This document shows, one piece after another, positions 45,901-56,056 of a stretch of 64,000 bases of DNA; position 1 is the stretch's first letter, and every line of letters begins with the position of its first letter. Source of the stretch: an uncultured Verrucomicrobiae bacterium (GTDB lineage: Bacteria; Verrucomicrobiota; Verrucomicrobiia; Limisphaerales; JAFGQR01); contig CAWBHS010000022.1 of the NCBI GenBank assembly GCA_963788655.1, forward strand, positions 64,001-128,000. The letters run 5' to 3'. The notes under the pieces are model-generated. The model saw nothing but the letters and a program-made list of their open reading frames with translations, made no database searches and was not told the DNA's origin. The position numbers were made by a program, and so were the translations under genes.

Positions 45901-48900
45901 GCGAGATTCAAGGCGAGAGCGGCGCCAACGCTGACGGCCCCGTCGCTGGTTTCGGCGCTGGGGGCATCGGTGGTGCTGGTGCCGGCTTTGCCTTCGCCAA
46001 AACTCTTTTGGTCGGCGACCTGATCGTTGGCGGTGCTGTTGCCGGATTGGTTTTGTTCCTTGTCTTTTTCGGTGCCCTTGGCGCTGGCAGTGGCGCTGGC
46101 GCTGGTGGCCGCGCTCGCGTGGGCGGAGAACGTCACATCGCCGGCGGCGCTCAAGGCGCGATCCGTGGTGGCGGTGGTGGTGTCGGTCACCAGGTTCAGG
46201 GCCAGCACGGCGCCCACGGCTACGTCGGCACCCGCGGCTTCGCCAGTGGCAGTCGTCGTGGCACCGGCCGTGTGGGTCGCAGTCGCATTGAGTGAACCGC
46301 TCAAGGTCAAGCTTGCGCCCGTGCCCAAACGTGCCGTGGTGGTGTTCTGGGCCAAGGTAATGGCGACGGCGGCACTGACCGCCGTCCCGTCGCTCGATTC
46401 GGCGCCTGCTTGGGCGGTGGTGGTGAACGTGTGTTGACTCGTGGCGGTCAAGCTGAAGTCGTGCGCGCCGCTGACTGTCGCACCGTCGGCCAGTTCGGCA
46501 ATGGCGTCGTTGGCTGGCGCCAGATTCAACGCCACCGATGCGCCTACGCCTACGTCCGATCCGCTGGCGCCTCCGTCGCTTGTCGGCTGAGCGGTGGCGA
46601 TGTGCTCGGATTGGTTGACCGCGCTAAGGCTCACGTCGCTGCTGGTCAGTGTAATGGTAGAGCCACTCCCGATCAGCGCCCGGCTCCGATTGACCGGCAC
46701 CAGGTTCAACGCCAGTGAACCCGCCACTCCGGTGTCGGTCGCCGCGGCGCCACTGGTGGCTTCGGCTCGGAAGGTTTGGGTCGTGTCCCCGGAAACATCT
46801 GTCATCAACGCCTCCACCGTCATGTCGCCGGCGCTGATCGTGCTGTTGGCGCCGATGCTGGCTTCGTTGACTGTCTCCACCCAGTTCAACGCCACCGCCA
46901 CGCCCACACCGGTCGTTGTGGCCTTGCCCGCGGCCCGGCCATCGGCCACCGCTTGCGCATCGGTCTGGTTGCTGGCGCTCAAGCTCAACACTCCGGCGGC
47001 GGTCACGTTACCAGCGGCAGGAATCAACGCCTGGGAAGTGCTTTGCACCAGGTTCAAGGCCAATGCTGCCGCCACGGTTGTTGCTCCGTCGCTGGTCTCG
47101 GCGCTGGGGGCATTGGTGGTGCTGGTGCCGGCTTTGCCTTCGCCAAAACTCTTTTGATCAGCGACCTGATCGTCCGCGGTACTGTTGCCGGATTGGTTTT
47201 GTTCCTTGTCTTTCTCGGTGCCCTTGGCGCTGGCAGTGGCGGTGGCGCTGCTGATTGCGCTGGCGTGGCTGGCAAATGTCACATCACCGGCGGCGCTCAA
47301 TGCACGATCCGTGGTGGCGGTGGTGGTGGCGGTCACCAGGTTCAAGGCCAGCACGGCGCCCACTGCAACGTCCGTGCCGGCGGCTTCGCCACTGGCGGTG
47401 GTGGTCGCGCTGGCAGAATGGATGGCAGCAACTTCAGAATTGCCAGTGAGTGACAGCGCCGATCCGGTTCCCAATCGCGCCGTGGTTGAATTCTTTGTGA
47501 GCGTCGTGGCCACCGCCGCACTGACCGCCACGCCATCGCTGGCTTCGGCGCCGGTTTCAGTGGTCGTGGTGAAGGTGGATTGACTGGTGGCATTCAGCGT
47601 AAGATCGTTCGCTCCGGTTAAAGTGGCCCCGTCCGCCAATTCCGCCAGGGTTTCGTTGATGGGCACCAGATTGAGCGCGACAGAGGCCCCGACGCCCACG
47701 GTCGGATCTTCGCCCTGGGGAGGTTTCACGACGGGCTTGGCTTCGACGGTGCCGGCGGTCGTGTTGCTCGATATCAGACTGACATTGCCGCCATTGGCGT
47801 TGACGAAACTGCCGCTCTTGATCATTGCGTCATTACGATTGCTGAGGAAGTTGATCGCCAGAGCGCCGGCCACGCCCACGTCGGTCGCACCAGTGCCGGA
47901 GGTGGCTACGGCACTGAATGAATGTCCGGCGGAGGCGAGCGCCTCGATGGAAACGGTGTTGGCCGTAAGATCCAAGTTGCCGCTGAGATAAGCTTCATTG
48001 GTGGTGTCCGCGACGTTGATGGCCACGGCGACGCCGACGCCGGTGGTTGAATCTGCGGCAGTGCTGTCGGCGGTTGCGGACGAAGTAGTGGTGGAACGGG
48101 CCCGGACGCGGAGGTCATTGGTGGCCACGACGGGATTGGTGGTGGCGAGGAAGGCTTCGGTATGCCGGGTCAGGTCCGTAATGGCCAGGGCCCCCACGAC
48201 ATTGACCTGGCCGTCACTGGTTTCGGCGTTGTAATCGTTGAGCTTGGTTTGCGTGTCGGAATTATTGTCGGTCGCGCCGCCAATCGTGGATTTGGCAGTG
48301 GTTGAGATATCCTCCGTCGAACTCGCGTCAATCTGCACGTTGGCTGCGGAGATGGACGCGTTATTCTCGGCGAATGCCCGGGTTGTCGAGTTGACCAACG
48401 CAAACGCTAATGTTCCGCCGACGGTAGTATCGCCTCCAGCAGTGCCATCCGCCATGGTGGTGGCGATAATGTCGTTGTCAGCGGAGAGTGCCAAAGTGCC
48501 CCCCGCGAGGATTGTGGTGGTGTCGGAAAGGCGCGCCGTTGCGGCACTGTCAATCAAGGAGGTAGCCAAGGCAGCATCCACGTCTGAATCGCCTCCACTG
48601 GAAGCGGCCAGGGCATTCGCGGTAGTTTCAACCGTTGATTGCGCGGTAATCGTGACATTCCCCGCGGCGGTAATCTGCGAATTGCCGGTAACCGCCACCG
48701 AAGCAGTGGAATCAACGTCAATGACCGCCAACTCGGCCCCTTGCATATTGAGAAGGCCTTGGGCGGTTGCGTTGATCGTGCTGCTGGCCGTGAGGTTCAC
48801 ATTGCCAGCTTGAATCGTGGCACCGTCGAGCGTGATGGTGGCGCTCGCGCTGGCATCGGTGTCGGTTTTGGTTACGGACGCGTTCAGGCTCACATCGCCG

Positions 48901-49904
48901 GGGGTGAAACCGGAATCCGCTTGTGCCAGAAGACGTGCGCCAACGGCCAGGGAAATATCCCGGGCAGAAAGTGTGATATCGCCGGAGTCACCGGCCGACG
49001 CATCGGATAATGGATCCGAGCCCGCACCTAGATTGCGGCTGGATAATGTTGCCCCGCTAGCAACGGAAATAGTGGTGCCAGCTTCGATCGTCAGATTGTG
49101 CAGGTCTTTGCCTCCAATCGAACCACCTAGGGAAACTGAGCTTCCCGCGACCAAGGTCAAGTTGTCGGCGGTGCCATCGTCGTTGCCCGCGATGGTCGCC
49201 ACCGAGGTGATGGTGATGCTTCCCGTGGCTTCAATGCGGCGAGTGCCCACGATAATGACGGGTCCATCGTAGGTCAGATTACCCGTTACTTGAACATCCG
49301 AAGAAATCACCAGGGGTGAAGCCGCCAATGGCAAACCATTGTCGGTTGCAGCAAGCGCTGCTTCCAAGATTCCGCCGACACGTGAGTTTGCCGCAGCGCA
49401 GGCCGCTAGCTCAGACAACGCCGCTGGCGGAGCGTTGGCGACACGGAGTGAATCCGTGAGTTCCTGAACCATGACGTTCGAGGTTTCCGGGACCGAACTG
49501 CCGACGGACTGAGTGTTGGTTGGCTCGACGGAGCCAAGCGTCGGAGCAATTGGTTCGTTGACGGAAGACGTAGCTTGGACTTCGGCGGAGTCGGCTGGCA
49601 GAGCCTTCTCAGACTTATCGGAGGCTGCCGATGTTGCGGATTGTTCGCTTGGTGTGGCAGCTTCCCCGACCAAGCCATCAAAAACATCGCCCGCTTGCGT
49701 GCTGGGATCGTAAGTCAATTCCGAGGTTTCACTGTCAATGGTCTGAGCCTCGGCTGGGATAACCAGCATGGCGGCGGAAGGATCATCAGTGGTCAGGCTG
49801 GGAGCGGGGTGGGCAATCCCGTCGGCAGAAAGCAATACGCGAGGCTCCAGCGCTTCCAACAGGAACTGGCTGTTTCTGCTTCCAGTCTGAAATCCTCTAC
49901 CCAT
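18948..49904 (-). CDS. Giant LEPR-XLL surface/adhesin-like protein with C-terminal dockerin (~10,300 aa after removing six extra bases)
   Basis: Order: N-terminal LEALEPRVLLSADG, Ala/Gly/Thr-rich filamentous beta repeats, nine HGxxTGxxVxYxNGGG domains, RTX GGxGxD repeats (~31730-32130), beta-propeller-like repeats (~30380-31560), five parallel beta-helix modules, Ig-like domains, dockerin (GDTNGDRVVNDRD...EDLTGDGQVTSAD). ORFs 31581-49919, 31270-31524, 28818-31511, 22442-28849 and 18948-22691 join through +1 insertions at ~31614, 31524, 31280, 28904, 22665 and 22602. Confidence 0.85.
19123..19192. repeat. GTAG-type REP doublet inside the giant CDS
   Basis: Perfect 24-bp inverted arms gtagcagcggacgtgagtccgctc / gagcggactcacgtccgctgctac. 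Confidence 0.9.
19364..19408 (-). repeat. GTAG-type REP (gtagcgcaga family) inside the giant CDS
   Basis: Minus strand gtagcgcagatttccaatctgccgtaacgcagatttctaatctgc forms two tandem hairpins and is translated as SADFQSAVTQISNL. Confidence 0.75.
32745..34920 (-). repeat. Array of eight HG-x-TG...YxNGGG...GLxxGxxYYV domains, nested within one another
   Basis: Eight N-halves and eight C-halves (IDLD...ATGxxH) are visible in translation. A ninth, intact copy lies at ~40040-40300. Confidence 0.85.
41572..41641. repeat. GTAG-type REP doublet inside the giant CDS
   Basis: Same perfect 24-bp arms as 19123-19192 with a different 22-nt spacer. Confidence 0.9.
42100..47900 (-). repeat. Tandem ~1.14-kb (~380 aa) intragenic repeats
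   Basis: Motif SG(A/T/S)xAxxxGVAG(A/S) recurs at ~47880, 46740, 45590, 44400, 43270 and 42130. The KGTEKDKEQNQSGNSTA segment is near-identical in DNA at ~46050 and ~47190. Confidence 0.85.
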
Positions 49905-49997
49905 GAACCGCTTCGGCAAGAACTCCGCCGCCCGCCCAGGTCAGAAATCAATTGGGCAACGTAGTGGTCGTTGAGCTAACCTGAAATTATCAGCGAT

Positions 49998-50026
49998 CCT
50001 ATACCCTATTACCGCGGAGGCGTCAA
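49998..50026 (-). promoter_or_regulatory. Putative sigma70 promoter for the giant-protein operon
   Basis: Minus strand TTGACG-N17-TATAGG, about 95 nt upstream of ATG 49904. Confidence 0.4.
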
Positions 50027-50239
50027 TGTTTCTTTTGGATCTCATTAGGAACGCTCGACATTCCAGCTACCTCGAAGGGAGCACCTTCGATAGAATCGAC
50101 AGGAGTGGCGGTGCCGGGCGCATCGGAATTCCTTGTTAAGTTGCGGGCGACCCGGCAGCATAGCCGGCAAAACCAATGCAGTTACGAGCCAGCCGCAGAT
50201 TACGGCATTATTTGACAGGCACCTCGATGAATCCGGCGA

Positions 50240-51343
50240 ATGAAGATTAAGCGCATTGCGGTCCATCAAGTGGATTTGCCCTTGCACGAAGGCAGCTACA
50301 AATGGTCCGGTGGCAAATCCGTTACCGTGTTCGACAGCACGGTCGTGAGCGTGGAAACCGACGACGGCGTCACCGGTTGGGGTGAGGTGTGTCCCCTGGG
50401 GCCGGCTTACCTCCCGGCTTATGCGCAAGGTGTCCGCACGGGCCTGGCTGCGTTGGGCCCGCAACTTTTGGGCGAAGATCCACGGCAATTGGAGCGTTTG
50501 AACCGGCGCATGGAGGCGGCGCTTAAAGGCCATTCCTACGTGAAGTCCGCCCTCGATATTGCTTGCTGGGATGTTCTCGGACAGGCGGCGGGCCTGCCAG
50601 TGTGCGTGTTGCTCGGTGGCCGGTACGGAGAGGATTTCGGGTTGTATCGGGCCATTTCGCAAGAAGCGCCGGAAGCGATGGCCGGCCGGGTGGCCGGTTA
50701 CCGGGCCGAGGGTTATCGCCGGTTCCAACTTAAAGTGGGCGGCGATCCGGACACGGATATTGAGCGCATCCAGGCGGTTGCCGCCAAACTGCAAACGGGC
50801 GACAAGCTGATTGCCGACGCCAATACCGGTTGGTTGATGCACGAAGCAATGCGCGTGGTGGATGCGGTCCGCGACGTGGATGTCTATGTCGAACAGCCAT
50901 GCCTGAGCTATGAAGAATGCCTGTCCATCCGGCGTCATACGCACCGGCCGTTTGTGCTGGATGAAGTAGTCGATGGGATTGACATGCTGGTGCGCGCCAA
51001 AGCCGATCGGGCGTGTGACGTGGTGAACATCAAGATCAGCAAATTCGGCGGCTTGACTCGTGCCCGCCAAGCCCGCGACTTGTGCGTGGCGCTGGGCATC
51101 GCGATGACCATTGAAGACAGTTGGGGCGGCGACATCGTAACGGCCGCCATTGCGCATTTGGCGCACAGCACGCCGCCGGAATTCCTGTTCACGAGCACAG
51201 ACTTTAACAGTTATGTAACCAGGAGCATCGCCGAAGGCGCACCCCAGCGCGTGAACGGGCGTATGGCGGCTTCGACCGCGCCGGGACTTGGAATTCGTCC
51301 GCGGTTGGAAGCGCTGGGGAAACCGGTGCTCGAATTTTCCTGA
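50240..51343 (+). CDS. Enolase-superfamily (MR/MLE) enzyme, cis-3-hydroxy-L-proline dehydratase-like
   Basis: [24 protein letters not shown], metal ligands DAN / EQP / [11 protein letters not shown] and IEDSWGGD. Confidence 0.85.
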   Translation: MKIKRIAVHQVDLPLHEGSYKWSGGKSVTVFDSTVVSVETDDGVTGWGEVCPLGPAYLPAYAQGVRTGLAALGPQLLGEDPRQLERLNRRMEAALKGHSYVKSALDIACWDVLGQAAGLPVCVLLGGRYGEDFGLYRAISQEAPEAMAGRVAGYRAEGYRRFQLKVGGDPDTDIERIQAVAAKLQTGDKLIADANTGWLMHEAMRVVDAVRDVDVYVEQPCLSYEECLSIRRHTHRPFVLDEVVDGIDMLVRAKADRACDVVNIKISKFGGLTRARQARDLCVALGIAMTIEDSWGGDIVTAAIAHLAHSTPPEFLFTSTDFNSYVTRSIAEGAPQRVNGRMAASTAPGLGIRPRLEALGKPVLEFS

Positions 51344-51492
51344 CGCATAGTATGCAACAACAAACAATTTTACTGTCCATGAAGCAGGTAAGGCGACGTT
51401 ACTGCGCCGCCGTGACATCAGGGCTGAGCGGCAGATCAGTTCTACCAAGATCGTGGTCCCAAGGTGGGCGTAAGCGCGGGCGCGGACTGTTC

Positions 51493-53133
51493 ATGAACAC
51501 TGACGTAGCGGCGTCGCCGCAGAGTGCGGCAGACATTCTTGAATCAAGACGGCGGCGCGCTGCTACGCCGCCACTGCGGTTCCGGAGAAATCTTCCCCAA
51601 TGGTTGGGCATTCTGATGTTCGTCAGTTTGGGGTGCCTGTTTGTCAAAGCCGCCGAAGCCCCGAAATTGGATCGCCCGAACATTTTGGTGGCGATTGCTG
51701 ACGACCAATCCTGGCCGCACGCTTCGGCTTACGGCTGCCAAGGCATTTCCACGCCGGCGTTCGATCGCGTGGCAAAGATGGGCCTGTTGTTCAATAACGC
51801 TTTTGCCGCGTCACCGGGGTGCAGTCCCTGCCGGGCGGCGTTGTTGACCGGACGCCACCACTGGCAACTGGAAAACGCCGGCACCCATGCCAGTTCGTTT
51901 CCCACGAATTACGTCACGTTCCCAGACTTGTTGGAGCAAGCCGGCTATTTTGTGGGCATGACCGGCAAGGGCTGGGGGCCGGGCAACTACAAAATCAGTG
52001 GGCGCGAACGCAATCCGGCCGGAGCGGCGTTCAGCAAACGCACGCTCAAACCGCCCTTCAAGGGCATCAACAAAAACGATTACGCTGCCAACTTTGCCGA
52101 CTTCCTGGCAGCCCGGCCCAAGGACAAACCGTTTTGCTTCTGGTACGGCGCCACGGAGCCGCATCGCTCCTACGATAAAGGCTCCGGCTTGAAGAGCGGC
52201 AAGAAATTGGCGGACGCGGTGGTGCCGCCATTTCTGCCGGACACGCCGGAAGTGCGCAGCGATGTGCTGGATTATTTTGTTGAAATCGAATGGTTCGATC
52301 AGCACCTCGGGAAAATGTTGCAGCAACTCGAAGCGACCGGGGAATTGACCAACACGCTGATCATTGTCACCAGTGACAATGGCATGCCGTTTCCGCGCGC
52401 CAAAGCCAACCTGTACGAATACGGTATCCATGAGCCCCTGGCCATCAGTTGGCCGGCGCGCGCGCCGGGCGAACGGGTGGTGGACGACCTCGTGGGCTTC
52501 GTCGATCTGACGGCTACCATTCTGGACGCGGCGCAGGTCGAGCATCCCAGCCACAAGACCGGGCATTACACGATTTCTGGCCGCAGCTTGATGAACATCC
52601 TGACCGCCAAGGAACAGGGATTGGTGGACAGTTCGCGCACGATGGCCTTCAGCGGACGCGAACGCCATTCGTCCTCGCGCTACCACAATCTCGGCTATCC
52701 CGCGCGCGCGCTCCGTACGCCGCGGTTTCTATACCTCCGCAATTTTCATCCCGAACGTTGGCCGGCGGGTGATCCGCAGAAATACGAGCGCAACGGTGAG
52801 TTGGGTCCAATCCATGGCGGATATCATGACATCGATGCCGGACCGACGTTGTCGCTGCTGGTAGCGAAACATGACGATCCGCAAATCAGCCGTTTTCTGC
52901 ACCTGGCGGTGGATAAGCGACCGGAAGAAGAACTGTTCGACATTGGTCAAGACCCGGCTTGTCTCACCAACCTGGCGGACAAACCGGACTTCAAAGATGA
53001 ATTGGGCCAACTGCGCGCGGCGCTGGAGAAGTGCTTGAAAGAAACCGATGATCCGCGCATGGGTAACAACCCGGAACTTTGGGAGACGTATCCGCGTTAT
53101 TCGCCCATTCGGAAATTCCCGCCCTCGCCGTAG
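51493..53133 (+). CDS. Formylglycine-dependent sulfatase (sulfamidase-like)
   Basis: RPNILVAIADD, CSPCRAALLTGR (CxPxR motif), TSDNGMPFPRAKANLY and EELFD. A hydrophobic signal precedes the mature domain; start uncertain (51352, 51493 or 51616). Confidence 0.92.
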   Translation: MNTDVAASPQSAADILESRRRRAATPPLRFRRNLPQWLGILMFVSLGCLFVKAAEAPKLDRPNILVAIADDQSWPHASAYGCQGISTPAFDRVAKMGLLFNNAFAASPGCSPCRAALLTGRHHWQLENAGTHASSFPTNYVTFPDLLEQAGYFVGMTGKGWGPGNYKISGRERNPAGAAFSKRTLKPPFKGINKNDYAANFADFLAARPKDKPFCFWYGATEPHRSYDKGSGLKSGKKLADAVVPPFLPDTPEVRSDVLDYFVEIEWFDQHLGKMLQQLEATGELTNTLIIVTSDNGMPFPRAKANLYEYGIHEPLAISWPARAPGERVVDDLVGFVDLTATILDAAQVEHPSHKTGHYTISGRSLMNILTAKEQGLVDSSRTMAFSGRERHSSSRYHNLGYPARALRTPRFLYLRNFHPERWPAGDPQKYERNGELGPIHGGYHDIDAGPTLSLLVAKHDDPQISRFLHLAVDKRPEEELFDIGQDPACLTNLADKPDFKDELGQLRAALEKCLKETDDPRMGNNPELWETYPRYSPIRKFPPSP

Positions 53134-53229
53134 TTATCACGCCGTTTCGGCGCTTGGCTTTGATTTTTACATTGGCTGCTGCGTCATTAACTGCGGCAGT
53201 TACCGGCCGAGGCAAGACCGTGCCCGAAT

Positions 53230-54597
53230 TTACTTTCCTTTCTGGTGCATGAGGCGGGCCAGCCGCAGGGCCATTTCCAAGGATTGCTCGTAATTGAGGC
53301 GGGGGTCCACCTGGCTGCGATACGCCGTGGTCAGATCGGCTTCGGTCACGCCGCTCGCGCCGCCAATGCATTCGGTGACATTGTCGCCGGTTAATTCGAA
53401 ATGCACGCCACCCAAGTGAGCGCCGGCATCGGTCAGGATGCGGAACGACTTTTCGATTTCATCCAGGATTTTGTCAAACCGTCGGGTCTTGATTCCACTC
53501 GCGGTGGTCTCGGTGTTACCGTGCATGGGGTCGCAGCACCAGAGCACCACTTTGCCCTGTTTCCGCACCGCATCCACAATTGGCGGGAATTCCTTCTCGA
53601 TTTTGTCGGCGCCGAACCGATGAATGAGCGTCAGCCGTCCCGGTTCGTTGCGTGGATTGAGCACCTCGCAGAGGGCCAGCACCTCGTCGGCTGACACCTT
53701 CCCACCTATCTTCACTCCGACGGGATTGTGGATGCCGCGGAAGTATTCGATGTGGGCGCCGTCCAGGTTGCGGGTGCGATTGCCGATCCAGGGAAAGTGC
53801 GTGTTCAGGTTGTACCAGCCGGTGCGCCGGGGAACCTGCCGGGTTTGGGCCTGTTCGTAGTGCAGATGCAATCCTTCGTGGCTGGTGAAGAAATCCACCC
53901 GATTGATGTCGCCGACGCTGCCACCGGTTAACGTTTCCATGAACCGCAGCGACTGGCCGATGGACTCGACCATGCGCGTGTATTCCTCGGCCAACGGCGA
54001 CCGATGCACAAAGCCAAGCTCCCAATACTCCGGGTGATGGAGGTCGGCAAAACCGCCGTCAATCAGCGCACGAATGAAATTGATCGTCAGGCCCGAGCGT
54101 TCATAAGCCCGAAGCAACAATTCGGGATTGGGCACGCGGTCGGCTTCGGCAAATGGCGCGCGGTTGACCATGTCCCCCCGGTAGGAAGGCAAGCTCACCC
54201 CGTTCTTGGTTTCCAAATCCGCCGAACGCGGCTTGGCGTACTGGCCGGCAAACCGGCCCACGCGAATGACGCGTTTCTTGCCGCCCTGCACCAGCACCAG
54301 GCTCATTTGCAAAAGGATCTTCAGTTTGGCGGCGATATACGTGGATTCGCAGTCCTCGAAATTCTCCGAGCAATCGCCGCCTTGCAGCAGGAACATTTCG
54401 CCCTGAACCGCCGCGGCGAGCTGTCGGCGCAGCGACTCGATTTCCCAGCTCGAAACCAGCGGGGGCAATCGTGACAACTGGCTCAGAACCGCATCCAGTG
54501 CCGCAGAGTCGGGATAGGTCGGTTGTTGCGCGGCTCGTTTCCGCTGCCAGGATTCCGGCCGCCAGTCTGATACTGTTTGAGGACTATTGTCTTGCAT
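53230..54597 (-). CDS. Class II DAHP synthase (3-deoxy-7-phosphoheptulonate synthase)
   Basis: FLLQGGDCSE, GRFAGQYAKPRS, SYRGD, FTSHEGL, WIGNRTR, DPMHGNT, GGVHFELTGDNVTECIGG and DPRLN. Confidence 0.96.
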   Translation of the reverse strand: MQDNSPQTVSDWRPESWQRKRAAQQPTYPDSAALDAVLSQLSRLPPLVSSWEIESLRRQLAAAVQGEMFLLQGGDCSENFEDCESTYIAAKLKILLQMSLVLVQGGKKRVIRVGRFAGQYAKPRSADLETKNGVSLPSYRGDMVNRAPFAEADRVPNPELLLRAYERSGLTINFIRALIDGGFADLHHPEYWELGFVHRSPLAEEYTRMVESIGQSLRFMETLTGGSVGDINRVDFFTSHEGLHLHYEQAQTRQVPRRTGWYNLNTHFPWIGNRTRNLDGAHIEYFRGIHNPVGVKIGGKVSADEVLALCEVLNPRNEPGRLTLIHRFGADKIEKEFPPIVDAVRKQGKVVLWCCDPMHGNTETTASGIKTRRFDKILDEIEKSFRILTDAGAHLGGVHFELTGDNVTECIGGASGVTEADLTTAYRSQVDPRLNYEQSLEMALRLARLMHQKGK

Positions 54598-54724
54598 GCG
54601 TAAACCAATGAATGTGCCGTGCAGGCCGAAAGAATTCCAACGAAATGTAAGGCCGAGTGCGGCGGACTACGGACTCGATCTTGATTGCTCGCACCGAACG
54701 CTTGTGATAAACACCCCAGACGTT

Positions 54725-56035
54725 ATGAAAACCAATTCTCGTTTGTCCCGTCGATCATTTCTCCAGCGAACTGCAACCGTGACCGGCTTGGTCGGCCTCG
54801 CGCCGCAAATCGTACCCTCCGCCGTGCTGGGCGCGGCAGGGCAGACGGCTCCCAGCAACCGCATCACGGTTGGCTTCATCGGCGTCGGCGGCCACGGCAT
54901 TGGCTGGAACCTTCCGCCGTATCTCCGGCACCAGAGCGCCCAAGTGGTGGCAATGTGCGACGTGGACAACGTTCACATGATTCGCGGCCGCGAAACGGTG
55001 AACGACCGTTACCAGAATGAAGACTGTTTGGGGACCAAAGATTTTCGGGAGGTTCTGGCCCGCAAGGATATCGACACGGTGATGATTTCCACACCGGACC
55101 ATTGGCACACGCTCATCAGCCTGCTGGCCATTCAAGCGGGCAAGGACGTGCAATGCGAGAAACCCACCCTCACCATCCACGAGGGCCGGGTGCTCACCGA
55201 GGCCGTCCGCAAACACAAAACCGTGTTCCAAACCAGCACTGAGGACCGCTCGGTGCCCGAATATCATCGCATGGCGGAACTGGTCCGCAACGGGCGGATT
55301 GGCAAACTCCAGCGCATTGAGGTGGTCCTGCCCAAGCAACCTAATGTGCCTGGGGATCCGACCCCGCAACCGGTGCCGGCCGGCTTGGATTATGAAATGT
55401 GGCTGGGGCCCGCACCGTTTGCGCCTTACACGCGCGATCGTGTGCATTTCAACTTCCGTTGGATTTGGGATTATTCCGGCGGGATTATTTGCGATTGGGG
55501 TGCGCACTTGTTCGACACCGCGCAATGGGCGAACGATACCGAGCGCACGGGACCGGTCGAAGTGGAAGGCGCCGGCACGTTTTGGGAGGGCGGACTGTAC
55601 AATACCGTCAAGGACTACGATGTCACCTACCGTTACGCCAACGGCGTGGTGATGACGTGCAAGCCCGGCAATCCGAGCATCAAGTTCATCGGCACCGATG
55701 GCTGGGTGGGCAACACTGGTTGGCGGGCGCCGGTGCAGGCCAGTTCTCCCAAGATACTGAATTCCAAGATTGGCCCCGAAGAACTGCACCTATACACCAA
55801 TCCGAACGGTGAACACGACGACTTCCTGAAATGCGTCAAGAGCCGCAAGGATCCGTATTTCCCGGTTGATATCGGCCATCGCGTGAGCACGGTCTGCCAC
55901 CTGGCCAACATTGCCATCAAGACCGGCCGCAAACTCAAGTGGGATCCGGCCAAGGAGCAGTTCATCGGCGATGACGATGCCAACAAGATGCTGGATCGTC
56001 CGCGCCGTTCGCCGTGGCAGTTGCCGGAGGTCTGA
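54725..56035 (+). CDS. Tat-exported Gfo/Idh/MocA family oxidoreductase
   Basis: Tat motif SRRSFL, Rossmann GFIGVGGHG, STPDHWH, CEKP, WLGPAP and DWGAHLFD. Confidence 0.93.
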   Translation: MKTNSRLSRRSFLQRTATVTGLVGLAPQIVPSAVLGAAGQTAPSNRITVGFIGVGGHGIGWNLPPYLRHQSAQVVAMCDVDNVHMIRGRETVNDRYQNEDCLGTKDFREVLARKDIDTVMISTPDHWHTLISLLAIQAGKDVQCEKPTLTIHEGRVLTEAVRKHKTVFQTSTEDRSVPEYHRMAELVRNGRIGKLQRIEVVLPKQPNVPGDPTPQPVPAGLDYEMWLGPAPFAPYTRDRVHFNFRWIWDYSGGIICDWGAHLFDTAQWANDTERTGPVEVEGAGTFWEGGLYNTVKDYDVTYRYANGVVMTCKPGNPSIKFIGTDGWVGNTGWRAPVQASSPKILNSKIGPEELHLYTNPNGEHDDFLKCVKSRKDPYFPVDIGHRVSTVCHLANIAIKTGRKLKWDPAKEQFIGDDDANKMLDRPRRSPWQLPEV

Positions 56036-56056
56036 AGACCGACTGAACCGGCAGCG

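Noticed and set aside
9292..49904. Prophage or integrative element
   Set aside because: No integrase, transposase, terminase, capsid gene, tRNA target or flanking direct repeat was recognised, despite the phage-like small repeats.
11081..49964. Many long plus-strand ORFs opposite the RHS and giant genes (e.g. 12203-13909, 26288-28162, 39297-41534)
   Set aside because: They are antisense shadows of GC-rich, codon-biased genes and have no recognisable motifs.
50045..51448. 467 aa minus-strand ORF; likewise 944-2455, 59164-60615 and 63075-63929
   Set aside because: Each overlaps a well-supported gene on the opposite strand and lacks motifs.
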